Shown piece by piece: positions 1 through 8,467 of a stretch of DNA of 16,696 nt. A program made the translations under genes and the position numbers. Source of the stretch: an uncultured archaeon (lineage in GTDB: Archaea > Asgardarchaeota > Lokiarchaeia > Sigyniarchaeales > Promethearchaeaceae); NCBI GenBank assembly GCA_964426185.1, contig CAYRPF010000072.1, positions 1-16,696 of the forward strand. Reading direction: 5' to 3'. Under the pieces are notes generated by a model. The model was not told where the DNA came from. It saw only the letters and a list, made by a program, of their open reading frames with translations, and did not search any database. Numbering within the stretch: position 1 is the stretch's first letter; every line of letters begins with the position of its first letter.

Positions 1-235
1 AAATGTTTTGTAGTTCAGATTGAAAGGATGATAACATGGGAGCGGCTTTAACTGCTTCTCAAATATATACTTTTTTGTTGTACATGGTTAAGTCACTCCT
101 TTATTTATAGGCTTGTTGGAAATACGAGGCTAAAATTTGATAGGAATGCTATTAATTCCATACTCTCCCAAAGTTGGTTGATAATCGTATAGAATTAAAG
201 AGGATTAGATAATTGAGCAGAAAAGTATCTAAATA

Positions 236-1168
236 CTATTCTTGTTCCGAGGAAAAATCAAAATATAGGCGCAAATCTTCGGATCGGATAAATCCAAAAT
301 TATTTATCAAAATTTCCAGCAATTTGAGTAATTGTTGACCCCGTTCAATCGTTTTCGGGTCGGTTTTCATGTATTTATCATGAGATACGCCTGCTCGTCG
401 CCGTTTTCGAAGAAAAAGTTCATTTATAATATCATTTAATGTTAATCCTTCCACTGTGGATTGAGTGTCGAAAAATAGGGAGAAAATCAATTCTTTTTCT
501 AAATCATCTTGAACTACCGCGTTGATAATTAGTTGAATTCGATTCAGCATAGATATTTTTTTCTGAAGAACTTCACGACGTTTTATCTCGATCTCTGCTA
601 ATTCTTTGTCTATTTTATGTAATTCTTGACCTAAATTTTTCAAAGCATAGTTTAACTGATCATAATCAATTCGAGCTTTAGTAGATGCGGTGATGGCTGT
701 GTGTGGATCATGTTTTAACTTGTTGATTTCCTCAGCTAAATCTTCAGGATTATTTTCAACTGAAATATGGAAAAAATTAGGGGTTAAATCAATTTGGGCA
801 TTTAGAGCTATATTTGGGCAAATACGATAATATTGCCTTTTTTGGTCATCGGGAGCTCCAACTTGTTCCACTAAACCAAATTCCACCAATTTATCGAGAT
901 GTTTTTTGATCGCTTGTTTAGATACTCCTAAATCTATTGCTAAATCTGAGGCATATCGCTGGAATTTTGCAAGTTTTGATAAAATTTTACGCCGGATATC
1001 ATTCCCTAGGAGTGTATAAAATAAATTTTCGTTAAATGAACCATCCTCTTTATACATTTTATTCCGTCTTTTTGTGACCAAAACCGGTTTCTTTTCAACG
1101 GGAGTTACTGCCAAGGAACGATTTTCATCAGTTGGTTCTGTGGATTCTTTTTTTTCTTTGGAAGGCAA
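236..1168 (-). CDS. Phr/HSR1-type heat-shock transcriptional regulator (ArsR-like winged HTH plus C-terminal coiled coil, COG1777-like)
   Basis: wHTH segment LLGNDIRRKILSKL...ASDLAIDLGVSKQAIKKHLDKLVEFGLV...KRQYYRI, then IDLTPNFF and a coiled coil (LKNLGQELHKIDKELAEIEIKRREV). This matches the layout I recall for Pyrococcus Phr. TTG start with GAGGAG upstream (1181-1186, - strand). Lies directly downstream of cdc48. Confidence 0.8.
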   Translation of the reverse strand: MPSKEKKESTEPTDENRSLAVTPVEKKPVLVTKRRNKMYKEDGSFNENLFYTLLGNDIRRKILSKLAKFQRYASDLAIDLGVSKQAIKKHLDKLVEFGLVEQVGAPDDQKRQYYRICPNIALNAQIDLTPNFFHISVENNPEDLAEEINKLKHDPHTAITASTKARIDYDQLNYALKNLGQELHKIDKELAEIEIKRREVLQKKISMLNRIQLIINAVVQDDLEKELIFSLFFDTQSTVEGLTLNDIINELFLRKRRRAGVSHDKYMKTDPKTIERGQQLLKLLEILINNFGFIRSEDLRLYFDFSSEQE

Positions 1169-1217
1169 TATCTATTCTATCTCCTCAGATATTAATTTTC
1201 ATTTTTTTTTATATCTC

Positions 1218-3446
1218 TTATGTATATAAATCTTTAGGTAGAGAGCCGTCAAGTTTTTGGTAAGCGCGTTCAGAACGATTTGAAGATTTCATTACTTCAG
1301 TTATGGCAGCATCAAAGTGGCGTTTATGGATCGAAACTTGTTTTAATTCTTCATCATTTAAATCTCGAAATCCTACTTTAGAAATATATTCTCGAATTGC
1401 ATTTTGAGTGGCTGATTTGCATAGAGCTTCAATATCAGCACCTGTTTTCCCCTCCAAAGAGGATGCTAATGATTCTAAATTAACAGATTCGTGTAATGGG
1501 AGATTTTTGGTATGAATTTGAAATATTTTCACCCTAGTTTTTAGATCTGGAAATGGAATTTCAATTTGTATCCCAAAGCGTCCTGCTCTCATTAATGCAG
1601 GATCCAAGATATCTGGGCGATTAGTTGCCGCAACCAAGATTACATCATGCAAGCGATCTAAACCGTCAATTTCGGTTAGTAGTTGAGAAACTATCCGTTC
1701 TGTAACTTGGCTACTTTCGCTTTTTCCTCGGATTGGGGCGATAGCATCAATTTCATCCATGAAAATAATACAAGGTGCTGCCGATCGAGCCTTTCGAAAT
1801 GTTTCTCGGACTGCCTTTTCGCTCTCACCCACCCATTTACTGATAAATTCTGGACCCTTTACCGAAATAAAATTTGCTTCACTTTCATGTGCCAGAGCTC
1901 GTGCTAATAGGGTTTTACCAGTACCTGGATAGCCATATAACAGAATACCCTTTGGAACTTCAGCATGTAAATAGCGGAAAATATTGGGATATCTTAAAGG
2001 CCATTCTACCGCTTCTTGAAGTGCTTGTTTTGCATTTTCCAGTCCACCGACATCATCCCATGTTTCACTTGGTGTACTGATAAGAACTTCACGTAAAGCT
2101 GAAGGTTCAATCGTATTTAATGCGGTGAGAAAATCATTCTGGGAGATGTGCAATTTCTCTAAAACTTCTGGTGGAATAATTTCTTCATCTAAATTAATTT
2201 GGGGCAGAATTCGTCTGAGAGCAATCATACCGGCTTCTTTAGCCAGTGCTTGAATATCTGCACCAACAAATCCATGGGTTTTTTCAGCTAGATGTCTCAA
2301 ATTCACACTGTCTTCTAATGGCATTCCTCGAGTATGAATCTGAAGTATTTCTAACCTTCCCTCTTTATCTGGGACTCCGATTTCGATTTCTCTGTCAAAC
2401 CTACCTGGACGACGCAAGGCTTCATCTAAAGAATTGGGACGATTAGTTGCACCGATTACTACGACATTTCCTCGTGAATCCAATCCATCCATCAAAGCCA
2501 ATAATTGAGCAACAACCCGCCTCTCAACTTCACCTTGAACTTCCTCTCGTTTTGAGGCGATAGAATCAATTTCATCAATGAAAATAATTGAAGGTGCATT
2601 TTTTTGGGCTTCATCAAATACCCGTCGTAAATTCTCTTCAGATTGCCCATAAAATTTAGACATTATTTCCGGACCTGAAAGCGTAATGAAATGTGCATCG
2701 GTTTCATTTGCTACCGCCCGTGCTAAGAGTGTCTTTCCAGTACCTGGTGGACCGTACAGCAGTAATCCTTTCGGTGGTTGAATACCAAGGCGATTGAATA
2801 ACTCGGGATGACGCATGGGCAATTCCACCATTTCTCGCACTTTTTGAATAACATCTGAAAGCCCTCCAAGATCTTCATAGGATGTTCGAAGAACCTTTCG
2901 TTCAATTTGCTTTGAGTCTATTGGTTTTCTTTCTATAGAAATTTCAGTTCCTCGATGAATTTGAACTGCTCGTGCCTTAGGGACAATTGTCTTAACTATG
3001 AAATGAACCGAGCCGCTATAAATATCGAAACTAATCATATCTCCTTCCATTACAACCCTATTTTCTAAGATTTGAGCAAATATATCCACGTTCCGAACTC
3101 CAATAGGGCGATCCAAAGGTGCAAATACTATATGCTTGGCCGGTACTACTTTAATTTTCCTAATTATTACTCTTTCATCAATTGCTGCCTTTAAATTACG
3201 ACGAAGTGAACCATCTATCCGGATAATATTGGTGCCCGCATCTTCTGGATATCCACGCATTATCAAAGCTGCAGTTTTCCTTCCATTTACCGTGTTCTCT
3301 AATTCAATACCGTCTCCAACATGAAGGTTTAATCGCTTTTGAATTTCGGGGTCGACTCGCGCAAAACCACGACCTGCATCTCGGCGTTTTGAATCTGAAA
3401 TTCGTACGTAGGCTTCTTTTTCTGGATTTTGATTAGTTTCTCCCAT
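1218..3446 (-). CDS. cdc48: CDC48/VCP/p97-family AAA+ ATPase (VAT-type)
   Basis: N-domain ([22 protein letters not shown]). D1 has Walker A GPPGTGKT, Walker B IIFIDEID and [16 protein letters not shown]2 has [16 protein letters not shown] and ALMRAGRF. C-terminus ...DLYT is an HbYX motif. Start moved to ATG 3446 (MGETNQ), preceded by GGGAG, rather than the upstream TTG at 3467. Confidence 0.97.
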   Translation of the reverse strand: MGETNQNPEKEAYVRISDSKRRDAGRGFARVDPEIQKRLNLHVGDGIELENTVNGRKTAALIMRGYPEDAGTNIIRIDGSLRRNLKAAIDERVIIRKIKVVPAKHIVFAPLDRPIGVRNVDIFAQILENRVVMEGDMISFDIYSGSVHFIVKTIVPKARAVQIHRGTEISIERKPIDSKQIERKVLRTSYEDLGGLSDVIQKVREMVELPMRHPELFNRLGIQPPKGLLLYGPPGTGKTLLARAVANETDAHFITLSGPEIMSKFYGQSEENLRRVFDEAQKNAPSIIFIDEIDSIASKREEVQGEVERRVVAQLLALMDGLDSRGNVVVIGATNRPNSLDEALRRPGRFDREIEIGVPDKEGRLEILQIHTRGMPLEDSVNLRHLAEKTHGFVGADIQALAKEAGMIALRRILPQINLDEEIIPPEVLEKLHISQNDFLTALNTIEPSALREVLISTPSETWDDVGGLENAKQALQEAVEWPLRYPNIFRYLHAEVPKGILLYGYPGTGKTLLARALAHESEANFISVKGPEFISKWVGESEKAVRETFRKARSAAPCIIFMDEIDAIAPIRGKSESSQVTERIVSQLLTEIDGLDRLHDVILVAATNRPDILDPALMRAGRFGIQIEIPFPDLKTRVKIFQIHTKNLPLHESVNLESLASSLEGKTGADIEALCKSATQNAIREYISKVGFRDLNDEELKQVSIHKRHFDAAITEVMKSSNRSERAYQKLDGSLPKDLYT

Positions 3447-3542
3447 TGTAATATTTCTCCCTTTCAAAAATTTAACTTTTTCTAATTAGATCAAAGAGTA
3501 TATGAAAAAAAAGATTAACTTTGAAGTAAATGTCCTATCAAA

Positions 3543-4292
3543 TTATTTTTTTTGACTTTTCCAGATAAATATAGGGGCTAATATCCAAAAAATCCTTCCA
3601 ATTATCACCATAAATGCATTGTATATTCCTGGAATTGCCAAAACAATGGCAAAATAAACTATTCCAATCGGGATTAAAGATATTCCTATAATTAAATTGA
3701 ACATCCGTTTCCGTAAATTCTTATCGTCAACTTTGTGTGAAATTAAGCGAACGAGCATCCAAATGGAATGAATATATAGTATAAGTGGAAAAGCCATTAA
3801 AATCATTGTTACAAGAGAAATATTGGCTGAAACAATAACCAGTGGTTCTGAATTCCATTTACTTGGATCTAATAAATTTCCTTCAGGATCTTTGATAACC
3901 AATTTATCTATTAAAGCAATTGATATAGCAATGGCTAAGAATATACTGCCAACTATATATATTTGCTTCCAATTTAATCCTTGATATCCTTTGACAACAA
4001 TTTGTGTAGAGAAAAAAATAAGGAACGCAAATACTACAGCGGCCACCACTTGGATGTCTCGAATTATATTGTCAATAAAGAACCAAGTTTCATCATTTGC
4101 TGCAGTAATCCACATGATTAAATCCGCTAATGTATACAAAGTCCACACGAAAAAGCTTATAGTATAGGTTATATTTAATTTGGATTTATCAGCATGATAA
4201 ATTTTAATTCCCAAAATCCAAAATAAACTGATTTCAATTAATTTTGGAAATTCTGTTAAATATTCGATCAAATTATATATTGCAAAAAGCAT
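3543..4292 (-). CDS. Stand-alone seven-transmembrane protein (HisKA_7TM-like sensor fold, no output domain)
   Basis: Seven hydrophobic segments by eye, a long polar loop between TM4 and TM5 (KDPEGNLLDPSKWNSEP), a basic loop between TM5 and TM6 (DDKNLRKRM), and a short basic C-tail. Confidence 0.7.
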   Translation of the reverse strand: MLFAIYNLIEYLTEFPKLIEISLFWILGIKIYHADKSKLNITYTISFFVWTLYTLADLIMWITAANDETWFFIDNIIRDIQVVAAVVFAFLIFFSTQIVVKGYQGLNWKQIYIVGSIFLAIAISIALIDKLVIKDPEGNLLDPSKWNSEPLVIVSANISLVTMILMAFPLILYIHSIWMLVRLISHKVDDKNLRKRMFNLIIGISLIPIGIVYFAIVLAIPGIYNAFMVIIGRIFWILAPIFIWKSQKK

Positions 4293-4436
4293 AATGGTTA
4301 AATATCTCTACTTTAAAATAAATTTCTTTCTATTAAAAATTGTAAATCATGAATTTGATATAAAATAACTTTTTTCCTCAAAAAAGAAGAAAATGAAGGT
4401 AAATCTTTTCAATACCTTATATACCAATAATTAATA

Positions 4437-6038
4437 ATGAATAATAATCAGACCGATTTAAAAAAATATGTTTTAGCCATTGACAGCGGAAGTACTGGTA
4501 TTAGAGCCTTACTTTTTAACCATAAAGGTGAAATTATTTCAAGAGCTTACCAAGAAACTCCCCCCTCCTTTCCCGAAGAAGGTGCAATTGAGCATGATCC
4601 CCTGGTTTTATGGGAAGCACTAATAGCAGTAGTTAAAAAAGTCTTTGAATCATCAGATTATTCGTTAGATGAAGTAGCATCAGTAGGAATTACCAATCAG
4701 AGAGGATCTTTTTGCTTGGTTGAGAAAGAAACTGGGGAGCCAGTGACCAATTTTATCAGCTGGGCCGATGTTCGGGCTGCAGATACTGCCGTACGTTGTG
4801 ATAATCAGTTTTCTTATCGTTTGCTACGTTCTTTTGCTGGAGTTGTAGGGGGTATTACCAAATCTCCTATGCTACTTACAACTAAAATGATCCATATGAA
4901 TCCCGTTTTGGGTATTCCCCGTTTAAAATGGCTTTTTGAACAAGAAGAAGTGATTTATAGAGATAAACGCCACAGCGGCCATGAGTTATACGAAAGGTGT
5001 AAAAATAACGAAATTCATTTTTGTACGTTGGATAGTTGGTTTATCTATAAACTTACAAACGGTAAACATCATTATACAGATGTTACCAATGCAAGCGGTA
5101 CATCGATGTACAATCCTTTTGAATTAGAATGGAATACCTTATATTTCAAGATTTTTGATATTCCACACCCCCCTGCCATGTTTCCAAGGGTATTAGATAC
5201 AGCGGATGATTTTGGCAATACAGATCCGGATGTCTTTTTTGGATATAGCATTCCCATTGGAGCAAGTGTAGGGGATCAAATGGCTGCGTTGTTTGGGCAC
5301 TGCTGTTTCCAGCCGGGACAAACTAAAATTTCGCAAGGATCGGGGGCTTTCGTGGATATGACAGTTGGTTCCAAACCCAAGTTATCAAAACGTGGGCTTT
5401 TTCCCTTAATTGCTTGGAGAATTAATGGAGAAATTACTTATATGCTAGAAGGACAAGTTGTCACTGCCGGGACCTTAATTGATTGGTTGGGTGAAGGAAT
5501 TGGAGTATATGATACTGCTCAAGCGTTAAATGAATTTGCGGCTCAAACTGAAGATACGGAAGGTGTGATTTTCATTCCAACACCGTCAGGGATTGGGTTT
5601 CCTTATTTTAGTCCTAAATCCAGAGCTTGCATTTTTGGTCTTTCTTTATCAACTCACCGCCGTCATGTATGCCGTGCAGTTTTAGAGGGTTTGGCGATGC
5701 GGGCATGGGATATTTTGGAAGGAATGCAAAGTGACACTAAAATTAAACTTCAAGAGATTATGGTTGATGGGGGTGTTTCTAAATCAGACATTCAACTTCA
5801 ATGTCTGGCGGATTTTGCCAACGTTAAGGTTATGCGTGCTCCAGAGAGCGATATGACAGGAACAGGTGCGGCTTATTTTGCAGGTCTTTCGGCGGGATTT
5901 TGGAGGAATCTGGATGAATTGAAGAATTTGCAGCGAGAATATAAGGAATTTGTTCCAAAAATGGATCCTCAGAAAAGGGCGCAAAAAATAGAGAAATGGA
6001 AGAAGGCTATGACGGCGGTATTATCCATGAATAAATAA
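4437..6038 (+). CDS. FGGY-family carbohydrate kinase, glycerol kinase 5 (GK5)-like
   Basis: AIDSGSTGIR phosphate-1 motif, GITNQR, NFISWADVRA, TDVTNAS, GDQMAALFGHCCF, DGGVSKSD, GAAYFAGLSAGFW. An insertion after WADVRA and the LFPLIAWRI segment resemble GK5 rather than GlpK. Confidence 0.9.
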   Translation: MNNNQTDLKKYVLAIDSGSTGIRALLFNHKGEIISRAYQETPPSFPEEGAIEHDPLVLWEALIAVVKKVFESSDYSLDEVASVGITNQRGSFCLVEKETGEPVTNFISWADVRAADTAVRCDNQFSYRLLRSFAGVVGGITKSPMLLTTKMIHMNPVLGIPRLKWLFEQEEVIYRDKRHSGHELYERCKNNEIHFCTLDSWFIYKLTNGKHHYTDVTNASGTSMYNPFELEWNTLYFKIFDIPHPPAMFPRVLDTADDFGNTDPDVFFGYSIPIGASVGDQMAALFGHCCFQPGQTKISQGSGAFVDMTVGSKPKLSKRGLFPLIAWRINGEITYMLEGQVVTAGTLIDWLGEGIGVYDTAQALNEFAAQTEDTEGVIFIPTPSGIGFPYFSPKSRACIFGLSLSTHRRHVCRAVLEGLAMRAWDILEGMQSDTKIKLQEIMVDGGVSKSDIQLQCLADFANVKVMRAPESDMTGTGAAYFAGLSAGFWRNLDELKNLQREYKEFVPKMDPQKRAQKIEKWKKAMTAVLSMNK

Positions 6039-6083
6039 GAGCGAGAAAATGGACAAATAATTCAAAAACTGAAAAACCAATGA

Positions 6084-6971
6084 TTATTGAAGTTCTGCCC
6101 ACCGATTGAGATGCTGCTTTACCTTAATATTGATTTCTTCCAGAGGAAGTAATGCAATTTCACGGAAACTCATGGATGATTCCCAATCTTTCAAGATTTC
6201 ATGGCCCAAAAAATAACCTGTTTGTTTGTATCCTTTGATATCATACCACGATCCAAAAAATTTTCGAATTTTTTCCTTATCTTCTACTGCATTCAAATAT
6301 TCTTTTGCTAACCAATTACGGTGTTGGTGACACCATTCAACCCAATTATCTTGTCCTTCTGCCTCATGAAAGGATTCACGGTTTAAAATTTTATGTTCCG
6401 CCCTCATAGCAAAACCTTCCTCATATAAATTCCAATAAGAATCATTCCCTACTGGTTTATTTGGAAGTTGAGATTGATTTCGCCATTCTTGATGAACAAG
6501 ATGCCCAACTTCATGAGCTATAAGACCTGCCAGCGAGTTTTCAGAATGCCATCCACATTCTATTATATTTTCTATACCCATAAGAACTGCCGGTTGATCG
6601 CGATATCTGGTTGCCCATCCAGCTCCGCATCCTAATCCCACATAAAGTACAAAAATTATATCGAATTTGAATTGAAAGGTTAATACCGCTTGACTGAAGA
6701 TCCAGGGAATGATATTCGATAGTTTTTCAATTAAGGGTTGCATGAAAGGAACAGAATCTGCATATTTTGGAAAGACATGCTTAAGTGCAGCCTCTTTCCA
6801 ATCGAAATCATCTTCAGCGTAGCAGTCCACTTGCATTTGCCATAATTCTGGATATAGCTTTTGAAATACTGCCTTATATTTTTTAACTTGCTCAGATATG
6901 GAAATGTGGCTATGTTCTTGCCAAAATTGCTTAAAAAGATCAAAAATATTTACAATTTGATAATTTCCCAT
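6084..6971 (-). CDS. Predicted Zn-dependent metalloprotease (DUF2268/YjaZ-like gluzincin)
   Basis: IAHEVGHLVH (HExxH), downstream LYEEGFA third ligand, GLGCGAGWA and TGYFLG motifs. Confidence 0.75.
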   Translation of the reverse strand: MGNYQIVNIFDLFKQFWQEHSHISISEQVKKYKAVFQKLYPELWQMQVDCYAEDDFDWKEAALKHVFPKYADSVPFMQPLIEKLSNIIPWIFSQAVLTFQFKFDIIFVLYVGLGCGAGWATRYRDQPAVLMGIENIIECGWHSENSLAGLIAHEVGHLVHQEWRNQSQLPNKPVGNDSYWNLYEEGFAMRAEHKILNRESFHEAEGQDNWVEWCHQHRNWLAKEYLNAVEDKEKIRKFFGSWYDIKGYKQTGYFLGHEILKDWESSMSFREIALLPLEEINIKVKQHLNRWAELQ

Positions 6972-7079
6972 AAGATAATATCCTAAAATAATTTGAGTGT
7001 AATAAATTTATAGAAAGCGAAAAGAACTATTCCGCAGCTAATTTAAAAGTGATCAATTTTGATCAGTAAAAAATTGTCA

Positions 7080-7430
7080 CTACAATCCGCCGAACATTAA
7101 TTCATATCCCACATTTGCAATACACAAGGTTTTGTTCAGCATTTTCGGAGAATCAATCAAGGGTTCGACTTTTTCTTGAAATTTTTTTAAAATATCTGAA
7201 ATATTAGAAGATCTATCTAAATTCCGCATACAATATAAATGGTCCATGTTTTTTCCCGTTGTTTTAGTCCATTCTTCTAATGCGTTCATGCTGTATCTCC
7301 AGATCAATGTCGGGCTAACATGAGCAGTCGCACTTATTTTTTCGACCATTTGTTGGAATGTTACATTGTCAAAGCGTCGGGATGTCGCAATAAATCGATT
7401 GAAATTCACTTTCAAGCCTTCTGTATCCAA
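7080..7430 (-). CDS. Hypothetical small, probably helical protein
   Basis: 116-aa ORF with TTG start occupying an otherwise empty gap. A TATA-like TTATATAG lies about 20-25 nt upstream. No recognisable motif. Confidence 0.6.
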   Translation of the reverse strand: MDTEGLKVNFNRFIATSRRFDNVTFQQMVEKISATAHVSPTLIWRYSMNALEEWTKTTGKNMDHLYCMRNLDRSSNISDILKKFQEKVEPLIDSPKMLNKTLCIANVGYELMFGGL

Positions 7431-7636
7431 ATCCCTATGAAAGATTTCCTATATAATCGAGAATAACACACCTAAAAAAAAGTTTCTAATTTGATTCTTT
7501 TATAAGAGAAAAAAAAGGACAAAAATCATTTTCAAAGCTTAATTTTAGCAATATGAGCAAAATTTTATAGAAGAAAAGAAAAAGAAGAATTATTTCATGA
7601 AAAAACGAATCAGATAATAATACAAGGCTAACGAGA

Positions 7637-8287
7637 TTACCGATCTAAGTTCGTGCCGCAATAGGGGCAAAATTTTGCATTAGATTCTGCCTTTTCACCA
7701 CAAATTGGACAGTATCGCAAATTCTCATCTGATTTTTGTTCTTCTTCATTTTTAACTCTAATGGTGTACAGAGCATATTCTGAATCAGAAGCTGTGGCAA
7801 CTTGGTTGTAATTTACTGAAGATTGGGCAGGATGACCATAGGCATTGTATGCATAATCTGAATTTTGAGATAATTCACGTTTATTTCGATTATTCTGGGT
7901 GAGGGTTACTAAATAAAGAATGGTGATCTCAACTGCCTTTATTTGTAAAATGGCGGGAGCTATTTGTGCATACCAAACCTTTCCTAAGAAAACTTGCATA
8001 ATTATTGATACAACAATTAAAGCAATCCATATACCCGCTACTTCATTAATCTGGGTGTTATAACGGTAATTCCTGCGAATTTCTGCATTCTGTAAATATT
8101 CAATTACATTTTTGATCAAACTGATGAAAAGAATCAGAACAATAATGGCTTCAAACCAAGTATGACCAAAAAGTCCTAAGAAAACAATAGAAACAACTCG
8201 TAATGCAATTAATGCACTAACAATCGGCTCATGGGGTGCTTTTTCTTGAGAAAAGCTATTATTATAATTATAATTGCGGTGTGACAT
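7637..8287 (-). CDS. Membrane protein (about 4 TM, internally duplicated hairpin) with C-terminal zinc ribbon
   Basis: Two hydrophobic hairpins, an N/Q/Y/S-rich linker, and C-terminal YCPICG-x7-FCPYCG (zinc_ribbon_2 type). Confidence 0.8.
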   Translation of the reverse strand: MSHRNYNYNNSFSQEKAPHEPIVSALIALRVVSIVFLGLFGHTWFEAIIVLILFISLIKNVIEYLQNAEIRRNYRYNTQINEVAGIWIALIVVSIIMQVFLGKVWYAQIAPAILQIKAVEITILYLVTLTQNNRNKRELSQNSDYAYNAYGHPAQSSVNYNQVATASDSEYALYTIRVKNEEEQKSDENLRYCPICGEKAESNAKFCPYCGTNLDR

Positions 8288-8419
8288 TTTTTTTCAACGC
8301 AGTGGTTTGAGTAACTAAAACCTATTCTGGATTATGAATAATTAGGAACCCAATTCTTATCACTACGAAGATTCCGTTTTTTGCTGACCTTTTGATTTTA
8401 AAGCAAAAACAGTTATAAA

Positions 8420-8467
8420 TGAAGGTAATTTTGAACTACGCGCGGTGAAGGTAATTTTGAACTACGC
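8420..8467 (+). repeat. 22-bp perfect direct repeat (TGAAGGTAATTTTGAACTACGC x2, 4-nt spacer GCGG) spanning the amidohydrolase start
   Basis: Copies at 8420-8441 and 8446-8467, read directly from the sequence. Confidence 0.95.

Noticed and set aside
1911-1934. Cdc48 D2 Walker A GYPGTGKT as a sign of inactivation
   Set aside because: GxxGxGKT, Walker B and the arginine finger are all intact; the change is at a variable position.
1683-3324. Short ORFs overlapping cdc48 (1683, 1874, 2246, 2723, 3136)
   Set aside because: They are shadow frames inside a highly conserved gene and show no motifs. The same applies to the short ORFs within the kinase, protease, amidohydrolase, thermosome, yggS, trmI and coiled-coil genes.
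3543-4292. 7TM protein as a rhodopsin (schizorhodopsin or heliorhodopsin)
   Set aside because: TM7 has no DxxxK or SxxxK retinal-binding lysine, and TM3 lacks an RYxxW/RWxxY motif.
7080-7430. Small ORF ending in GGL as a ubiquitin-like/SAMP precursor
   Set aside because: The sequence looks all-helical with no beta-grasp pattern, and there are no E1 or JAB genes nearby.
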